Part shown: one piece after another, positions 34,964 through 40,937 of the stretch
Numbering within the stretch: the stretch's first letter is position 1
How the letters are laid out: each line of letters begins with the position of its first letter
NCBI GenBank assembly: GCA_964619655.1
Contig: CAZUFR010000001.1
Span: 1-40,937 of the forward strand
Reading direction: 5' to 3'
Origin: an uncultured Syntrophomonas sp.
GTDB taxonomy: Bacteria; Bacillota; Syntrophomonadia; Syntrophomonadales; Syntrophomonadaceae
DNA: 40,937 nt
Notes under the pieces: model-generated
Databases searched by the model: none
Seen by the model: the letters and a program-made list of their open reading frames with translations, nothing else
What the model was told of the DNA's origin: nothing
Translations under genes and position numbers: made by a program

Positions 34964-35292
34964 AACCGGGCCTTCTTCATCACCGAATAAAAATCTTTTT
35001 CTATCCTATTATAATCAGCCCCAACTATACTTTGCCGGGCTATCATTACAATGTCATGTCCCTCGCTTAACTTCCCTCGGCTTTCCCGGGCTATAGCCCG
35101 TAGCCGTCGTTTGGCTTTATTCCGCTTAACTGCGTTACCTACCTTCTTACTAGCCACAACTCCAAAGCGGTTCTTGCCCATGCCATTAGCAATGATATAT
35201 GCGATTAAATATTTTCCTGGAACTTTAAGGCCTTTTCGGTATGTATGCTGATAATCCTTGCCCTTGCTTATACGAAATATCCGGTTAAGCAT
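34957..35292 (-). CDS. rnpA: RNase P protein component
   Basis: Basic RNR-type motif [12 protein letters not shown]. 111 aa, located between rpmH and yidD. Confidence 0.92.
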   Translation of the reverse strand: MLNRIFRISKGKDYQHTYRKGLKVPGKYLIAYIIANGMGKNRFGVVASKKVGNAVKRNKAKRRLRAIARESRGKLSEGHDIVMIARQSIVGADYNRIEKDFYSVMKKARLC

Positions 35293-35320
35293 AGCTGACC
35301 TCTTTTCCCAGGTAAAATAA

Positions 35321-35340
35321 TAGGTCGCAAATACGACCTA
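35321..35340 (-). terminator. Hairpin TAGGTCG-tatttg-CGACCTA + T-rich tail at the rpmH stop (possible attenuator between rpmH and rnpA)
   Basis: The 7-bp stem overlaps the rpmH TAG. The weak T-run suggests partial termination at most. Confidence 0.35.
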
Positions 35341-35472
35341 TGCAGATAAGGACTTTCTACCTTTCTTTCTCCGATTAGCCAGTATCTTTCTACCACTGGC
35401 GGTAGACATCCGTTTTCTAAAACCGTGCTCTTTTTTTCTCTGCCGGTTTTTAGGTTGAAATGTTCTCTTCAT
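35338..35472 (-). CDS. rpmH: 50S ribosomal protein L34
   Basis: Not in the ORF track (44 aa). The minus strand translates [44 protein letters not shown]. Confidence 0.97.
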   Translation of the reverse strand: MKRTFQPKNRQRKKEHGFRKRMSTASGRKILANRRKKGRKSLSA

Positions 35473-35639
35473 TATTTCCAAGCCTCCTCGATTTTTCCAG
35501 CACTTTATAATTATATTGATTGCATGCCCTTAATGTCAAGATTTCATCGCTTTGTAAATACTTCTAAAATCTTTGCCAATCTGCTATGATTATACTATAT
35601 TTTCATCTATCACCCTAAGTACTCTGCTTATATTTTGCA

Positions 35640-35693
35640 TTATCCCCGACAATATCCACAATATTTGTTTTTTCAACAGCTATTTTTTCCACA
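35640..35693 (+). promoter_or_regulatory. Cluster of three near-consensus DnaA boxes upstream of dnaA (oriC left part / dnaA autoregulation)
   Basis: TTATCCCCG at 35640-35648, ATATCCACA at 35652-35660, TTTTCCACA at 35685-35693, compared with consensus TTATCCACA. Confidence 0.65.
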
Positions 35694-35714
35694 AGTACAC
35701 AGGAGGAATTATTA

Positions 35715-37025
35715 ATGACCCAGGAATTTAACTTTTCAGCCATCTGGAATCAAGTGTTACAATCACTGGCTGAGGAGATAGATGCAAGTAGTTTTGACAT
35801 CTGGTTTTCCATGGTTAAATTTGAAACAGTTCGTAACGGTCGAGTATATGTCAGTGTTCCTAATTCTCTTACTAAAGAATGGATTGAATCCCGTTATCTT
35901 GGTAACCTGCAGAATAAATTGCGTAGCCTTACTAACCAGGAAATCGAACTAGTTCTTAACACTGAATCTCAGATTGAAAAAGAGGGCATGTTTCCCGCAC
36001 TTAATCACAAATATACCTTCGATACTTTTGTGGTTGGTAATAGTAATCGTTTTGCCCATGCAGCCTGTTATGCAGTGGGGGAATCTCCTTCAAAAGCTTA
36101 TAATCCGCTTTTTATTTATGGTGGTGTAGGCCTGGGGAAAACTCATTTGATGCAGGCAATTGGCCATCATATTATAAAGAAAAGACCTGGCTATACCGTG
36201 GTATATGTATCTTCTGAAAAATTCACTAATGAGCTTATTAGCTCCATTAAGGATGATAATATGGCCGGTTTTCGCAATAGATATCGCGGGGTAGACGTAT
36301 TATTGGTAGATGATATTCAGTTTTTAGCCGGCAAAGAAAGAACCCAGGAAGAGTTTTTCCACACCTTTAATACCCTTTATGAATCTGATAAGCAAGTAGT
36401 TATATCCAGTGATAGGCCTCCGCGTAATATTCCTACTCTAGAAGATCGCTTACGCTCTCGCTTTGAGTGGGGATTGATAACTGATATTCAGCCCCCGGAT
36501 CTGGAAACCAGGGTAGCTATATTAAGGAAAAAAGCCCAAACTGAAAATTTTAATGTTCCCTATGATATACTGGACTATATTGCTAATTACATTGACAGTA
36601 ATATTCGTGAGTTGGAAGGGGCCTTAGTGCGTTTAGTAGCCTACTCCACTATAACTAATAAACCCCTTGATATGACTACTGCCACTGAGGCTTTAAAAGA
36701 TATACTACCGCCACCCCAGCCTAAGAAGATAACTATAGAATCTATTCAAAAAGCGGTTTCTACTTTTTATGGTATTGAAATAAGCGAACTATTATCGAAA
36801 AAACGTAATAAACATGTGGTTTATCCCCGTCAGATAGCTATGTACCTCTGTCGCCGCTTAACTGATGCCTCATTTCCCCAAATCGGGGAACAGTTTGGAG
36901 GGCGCGATCATACTACAGTTATGCATGCTAATGAAAAAATAGAGCTAAATTTACAAACTGATGGGGAACTAGCCGCTGCGGTTAATGATTTATGTAAAAA
37001 AATAGATCCCAACTTTATTACTTGA
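35715..37025 (+). CDS. dnaA: Chromosomal replication initiator DnaA
   Basis: Walker A GGVGLGKTHL, box VII/sensor motifs, and domain IV with RDHTTVMHA. Confidence 0.97.
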   Translation: MTQEFNFSAIWNQVLQSLAEEIDASSFDIWFSMVKFETVRNGRVYVSVPNSLTKEWIESRYLGNLQNKLRSLTNQEIELVLNTESQIEKEGMFPALNHKYTFDTFVVGNSNRFAHAACYAVGESPSKAYNPLFIYGGVGLGKTHLMQAIGHHIIKKRPGYTVVYVSSEKFTNELISSIKDDNMAGFRNRYRGVDVLLVDDIQFLAGKERTQEEFFHTFNTLYESDKQVVISSDRPPRNIPTLEDRLRSRFEWGLITDIQPPDLETRVAILRKKAQTENFNVPYDILDYIANYIDSNIRELEGALVRLVAYSTITNKPLDMTTATEALKDILPPPQPKKITIESIQKAVSTFYGIEISELLSKKRNKHVVYPRQIAMYLCRRLTDASFPQIGEQFGGRDHTTVMHANEKIELNLQTDGELAAAVNDLCKKIDPNFIT

Positions 37026-37035
37026 CCAAGGTTTG

Positions 37036-37175
37036 TTTTCCACAACTTTATCAAGGGGGACAAGCTAGCTTTCTATCGGTCTTTCTAGAGGTTATCCACA
37101 TATTCAACCGCCCTACTACTACTACTACTAAGTTGTTAATAAAGAAATAAATAAGATAAGGTCCACCCAGTGGTC
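37036..37175 (+). promoter_or_regulatory. oriC: oriC unwinding module: DnaA boxes, GC cluster, (CTA)6 DnaA-trio array, AT-rich DUE
   Basis: TTTTCCACA at 37036-37044, perfect TTATCCACA at 37092-37100, CAACCGCC, then CTA x6 at 37113-37130 (bottom strand 3'-GAT-5' x6), then A/T-rich 37131-37175. Confidence 0.75.
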
Positions 37176-37200
37176 AAAAAGTTATTGGAGGTAAGCTATT

Positions 37201-38340
37201 ATGAAAGTAACTATGGAAAAAAGGGATTTATCTTCTCTTACCACTTTAGTTTATCGAGCAGCATCCACTAAAAACACTATACCGGTACTAGCAGGATTAT
37301 TAATTGAAACCAGTTCAGATAAAGGACTGGTAATGACCGCAACCGATATGGAAATAGGGATTAAAGCCTCAAGCAGTAGTGTAGAAATAATCGAACCTGG
37401 TTCCGTACTGGTAAACGCCCATTACTTTGCGGATTTTATTAAACTTTTACCAGATGGCCCCGTTACTCTGGAACTAAACAAGGATAAGGCTAAACTTAAC
37501 ATAAACTACGGACGCTCATCCGGTTCCATTAATACCTACCGGGATTATGAATATCCTGATTTGCCCCTGGATAAAATGCAGACCAAGATGAGCATTGCCC
37601 AGAGAATCCTTAAAGAAGCCTTACGAAAAACTTCCTTTGCTGCTGCCGCTACTCATTTTCGCCAGGTTTTTACCGGAGTTCTTTTTGATATAATAGACAG
37701 TAATACTCTTAAAGTAGTAGCTTCAGATACTCATCGCCTAGCTTGTTTTACCCATGTCTTGAAAGAAGACGAACTAGAACCCTTTAAATTTATTATCCCT
37801 ACCCGTTCGGTTAACGAATTATTACGTATACTGGATGATAATGATGAAGTTATAACTATTGCTTTTAGTGAAAATAACGTTATATTTGCTAAGGATAATT
37901 TTATACTTCTTTCCCGTTTGATTGAGGGGCAGTATCCTAACTATGACCAGGTTATACCTGCAACCTTTAGTACCTCATTAGCAGTTAATACCGTAGTTTT
38001 AGCCAATACTTTGGAAAGAGCACGGACTATGCCCACTGACGATAAACTTAAAATTCAATATGTTCGTTTTAATATCAACCAAAACGAAATAACGGTAAAT
38101 GCTTATTCCGAGATGATGGGTGAGATAGAAGAGGTAATCGAGGACCTAAAGCTTAGTGGGGATGATGATATCCAAATAGCTTTTAACACCAATTATTTTC
38201 TTGATGTCATAAAGATTTTGGCCAATGAATGTGAAGAAATAAAAATAGAATTATCAGGTGCACTAGGACCGGCACTAATTCAGAATCCCAAAAAAGATAA
38301 TTATCTGTATGTTCTGGTTCCCCTGCGTACAACCAACTAG
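37201..38340 (+). CDS. dnaN: DNA polymerase III beta sliding clamp
   Basis: 379 aa immediately downstream of dnaA/oriC. Three-domain clamp pattern, and it ends ...YLYVLVPLRT. Confidence 0.93.
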   Translation: MKVTMEKRDLSSLTTLVYRAASTKNTIPVLAGLLIETSSDKGLVMTATDMEIGIKASSSSVEIIEPGSVLVNAHYFADFIKLLPDGPVTLELNKDKAKLNINYGRSSGSINTYRDYEYPDLPLDKMQTKMSIAQRILKEALRKTSFAAAATHFRQVFTGVLFDIIDSNTLKVVASDTHRLACFTHVLKEDELEPFKFIIPTRSVNELLRILDDNDEVITIAFSENNVIFAKDNFILLSRLIEGQYPNYDQVIPATFSTSLAVNTVVLANTLERARTMPTDDKLKIQYVRFNINQNEITVNAYSEMMGEIEEVIEDLKLSGDDDIQIAFNTNYFLDVIKILANECEEIKIELSGALGPALIQNPKKDNYLYVLVPLRTTN

Positions 38341-38358
38341 GAGAGTGATTTTCATACT

Positions 38359-39447
38359 TTGAAACTTAGGCAAGTAGAAGCCAGAGATTTTCGTAATATT
38401 GCTCGGTTAGACTACCATCCCGGAGCTGGTTTAAACATATTGTTGGGAGATAATGCTCAGGGCAAAACTAACATAGTAGAATCAATTTACGTACTAAGTA
38501 CCGGTAGTTCCTTTCGTACTGGCCAGGATAAGAACATGGTTGCGTATGAGAAAGAAGCTTTCATTTTACGTGGTCGTTATGACTACAACGGTAGAGATTT
38601 CGAAGCAGTTTTAAATTATAATTTAAAAGCAGGAAAAAACTTTACCCTTAACTCCAAAAAAACTAGTTTTAATAATAACGATCGTCTGAGGGTGGTACTT
38701 TTTACTCCAGACGATTTGTATTTAATTAAGGGTTCACCAGGAAAGCGGCGACAATTTCTGGATTTTATCCTGGGACAAATAAAAACTGAATATGATTATA
38801 ATTTAGCTAATTATGTAAAAATATTAAAAAAGAGGAATTTATTATTAAAAAGAGAACAATCTAATACCAGTTCCTTTAAAATTATTGAAGAAGTATTCAT
38901 AGAAAATGCCGCCCGGGTAATACTGGCGCGAATAAACCTCATAAGTATCCTGGATGAAAGCAGTTCCTCAATTTACCAGGAGATAAGCAATGAAGGTCAG
39001 CTAAAAATCAGATATGCACTTTCATTTCCCGTTGATAGTGGTAAAATTAATCTGGATATCTTAAAAGTGGCTCTAAAAAAACAGATACAAGAAAAAGCAG
39101 AGCAAGAGATTAGAAGAAGGAGCAGCCTGGTCGGCCCTCACCTGGATGATATGCATATCTACCAGGATGGTAGAATGGCAAGGTATTTTGCCTCGCAGGG
39201 TCAACAGAGGAATATTGCTGTGGCCTTGAAGCTGGCAGAACTTTATACTTTCAGGAAAATAAGCGGTTTCTATCCAGTTTTCGTACTGGACGAGGTATTA
39301 TCCGAGCTTGATGCCCAAAAAAGGCAATTGCTGCTGGATCACCTGCAGGAAGCAGAATTTCAAAGTTTCCTGACTTCAGTCCATTTAAATGATATAGAAT
39401 ATAGCCGGGCAGCAGTTTCTGTGGTAGAAAAAGGCGAACTACAATGA
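38359..39447 (+). CDS. recF: DNA replication and repair protein RecF
   Basis: Walker A GDNAQGKTN, signature SQGQQR, Walker B VFVLDEV. Confidence 0.93.
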   Translation: MKLRQVEARDFRNIARLDYHPGAGLNILLGDNAQGKTNIVESIYVLSTGSSFRTGQDKNMVAYEKEAFILRGRYDYNGRDFEAVLNYNLKAGKNFTLNSKKTSFNNNDRLRVVLFTPDDLYLIKGSPGKRRQFLDFILGQIKTEYDYNLANYVKILKKRNLLLKREQSNTSSFKIIEEVFIENAARVILARINLISILDESSSSIYQEISNEGQLKIRYALSFPVDSGKINLDILKVALKKQIQEKAEQEIRRRSSLVGPHLDDMHIYQDGRMARYFASQGQQRNIAVALKLAELYTFRKISGFYPVFVLDEVLSELDAQKRQLLLDHLQEAEFQSFLTSVHLNDIEYSRAAVSVVEKGELQ

Positions 39448-39461
39448 AAGGGGCACTACTT

Positions 39462-39713
39462 ATGTACATTCATCTGGGAAACAATCATATTATTTCTTCG
39501 CAGAATATTGTAGCAATATTAAATATTGGACCCCCAAGATCAGAAGATCTTACAGATATTATCGATAATGCCAAACTGGATAAAAAACTAATAAATATTA
39601 GCGAAAAGGGCAAAGAAAAAGCCCTGATTGTTTGTGATAATAAAGTTTATTTATCGCCCATTTCATCTACTACTCTTTATAAGCGGGCATTCAGTCACTA
39701 CAAGGAGGTTTAA
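39462..39713 (+). CDS. remB: DUF370 protein RemB/YaaB-like
   Basis: [20 protein letters not shown]... with the conserved recF-remB-gyrB position. The alternative start ATG 39444 overlaps the recF stop. Confidence 0.75.
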   Translation: MYIHLGNNHIISSQNIVAILNIGPPRSEDLTDIIDNAKLDKKLINISEKGKEKALIVCDNKVYLSPISSTTLYKRAFSHYKEV

Positions 39714-39715
39714 TT

Positions 39716-40937
39716 TTGAACGGGGAAAATGGTTACAATGCCTCTGATATTCAGATACTGGAAGGTTTAGAGGCGGTTCGCAAAAGACCGGGTATGTATA
39801 TTGGATCAACAGGTCCCAAAGGTTTGCATCACCTGGTTTTTGAACTTGTAGACAATAGCATAGATGAGGCAGTAGCAGGCGACTGTGACCAGATAGATGT
39901 GGTTATTCATCCTGATAATAGTGTCAGCGTAAGCGATAATGGTCGGGGAATCCCAGTAGACGAGCATCCGCTCATGGGTATACCCGCTCTCGAGGTTATA
40001 TTGACCACCCTGCATTCGGGCGGAAAATTTGGAGGCAGTGGTTATACCATATCCGGAGGCCTGCATGGGGTAGGTATGTCCGTAGTTAGTGCTCTATCCA
40101 GTCGTATGGAGGTAACGGTTAGACGAGATGGACACCTCTATACTCAAACTTATTCCAAGGGCAAACCAGTGGAAGCGCTAAAAGAAGTGGGAGATACAGA
40201 TGAAACTGGCACCTGTATACGTTTCTATCCTGACCCAGAAATATTTGAAGAAATAGTATTTGAAAAGGAAATAATCATCCAACGCCTGCGGGAACTATCT
40301 TTTCTTAACCGAGGCCTGAAGATAATTTTTACCGATGAAAGGGAAGAGGAAATCTTTAAAAAGGAGCTGCATTACTCCGGGGGACTGCGTGACTTTGTGG
40401 CTTATGTAAACAAAAAGAAGGAAGTAATAAATAGTGACCCGGTTTATTTTGAAAAAAAGAAAGAGGACGTTATTGTCCAGGTAGCAGTTCAGTATAATAG
40501 CGGATATAGTGAGAACCTGTATTCTTTTGCTAATAATATCCGTACCCAGGAAGGCGGCACCCATGAAATGGGTTTTAAAAATGGCCTCACCCGGGTGGTT
40601 AACGAGTATGCTAAAAAGAACAATATTCTTAAAGAAAATGATACCAACTTGAGCGGTGAAGATATTAGAGAAGGAATGGTCGGGATTATATCAGTGCTGG
40701 TAAAAGACCCCCAGTTTGAAGGCCAGACCAAGACTAAATTGGGTAATACTTATATCAGAGGTATAGTCGAGAGTACGGTATACGAAAACATAGAGGATTA
40801 TCTCAATGAAAATCCGGCCATAGCAAAAAAAATTCTGGAGAAAGCTGTATCAGCCCGCCGGGCACGGGAAGCGGCCAAAAAGGCCCGGGAACTGACCCGG
40901 CGTAAAAGCGCCCTGGAATCAACTGCTTTGCCAGGTA
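39716..40937 (+). CDS. gyrB: DNA gyrase subunit B (5' portion, runs off the window)
   Basis: TTG 39716 behind AAGGAGG. Translation ...[46 protein letters not shown]...[11 protein letters not shown]. Absent from the ORF track because there is no stop in the window. Confidence 0.95.
   Translation, partial: MNGENGYNASDIQILEGLEAVRKRPGMYIGSTGPKGLHHLVFELVDNSIDEAVAGDCDQIDVVIHPDNSVSVSDNGRGIPVDEHPLMGIPALEVILTTLHSGGKFGGSGYTISGGLHGVGMSVVSALSSRMEVTVRRDGHLYTQTYSKGKPVEALKEVGDTDETGTCIRFYPDPEIFEEIVFEKEIIIQRLRELSFLNRGLKIIFTDEREEEIFKKELHYSGGLRDFVAYVNKKKEVINSDPVYFEKKKEDVIVQVAVQYNSGYSENLYSFANNIRTQEGGTHEMGFKNGLTRVVNEYAKKNNILKENDTNLSGEDIREGMVGIISVLVKDPQFEGQTKTKLGNTYIRGIVESTVYENIEDYLNENPAIAKKILEKAVSARRAREAAKKARELTRRKSALESTALPG

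Noticed and set aside
35085-35100. Noc-binding-site-like TTTCCCGGG inside rnpA
   Set aside because: It matches only the 9 central bases of the 14-bp NBS palindrome. Similar CCCGGG strings occur elsewhere by chance.
39806-40731. Minus-strand ORFs 39806-40066, 40295-40564 and 40489-40731
   Set aside because: All are antisense to the unambiguous gyrB frame.

Overview
This window is the chromosomal replication-origin region of a low-GC, selenocysteine-using, spore-forming Firmicute (Clostridia-like). The taxon is inferred from gene content only.

Core synteny is classical. On the minus strand: rpmH-rnpA-yidD-yidC-jag, mnmE-mnmG-rsmG-noc, soj(parA)-spo0J(parB). On the plus strand: dnaA-dnaN-recF-remB-gyrB. 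Gene orientation switches at about 35.5-37.2 kb, where DnaA boxes, a (CTA)6 DnaA-trio-like array and an AT-rich tract mark oriC. Three perfect parS palindromes flank soj-spo0J.

Moving leftwards, the window contains:
- an M23 peptidase, a bactofilin and a phosphoribosyltransferase
- yyaC and a ykvI-like membrane protein
- selA and selB
- a translationally coupled three-gene HgdC/BcrA-type activase cluster
- a livJHMGF-type branched-chain amino acid ABC operon
- a CBS/ACT protein
- tRNA-Sec (selC)
- a roughly 3.8 kb toxin-antitoxin-rich islet: an orphan MNT, a SAM methyltransferase, DUF169, mazEF, and hicB with a frameshifted hicA
- trkA followed by two tandem trkH paralogues

I see no clearly novel protein-coding system. 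The most unusual content is non-coding:
- a GTAG-headed REP-like hairpin family whose stems differ between copies by compensatory changes, with only a truncated RAYT-like relic present
- in-register heptanucleotide tandem arrays, one of which has been absorbed into the selA reading frame as a roughly 46-aa tail
- two further dispersed intergenic repeat families
- a decayed copy of the selC 3' end plus terminator that bounds the toxin-antitoxin islet

All family calls come from motif recognition by eye. No database search was possible, and identity percentages are visual estimates.
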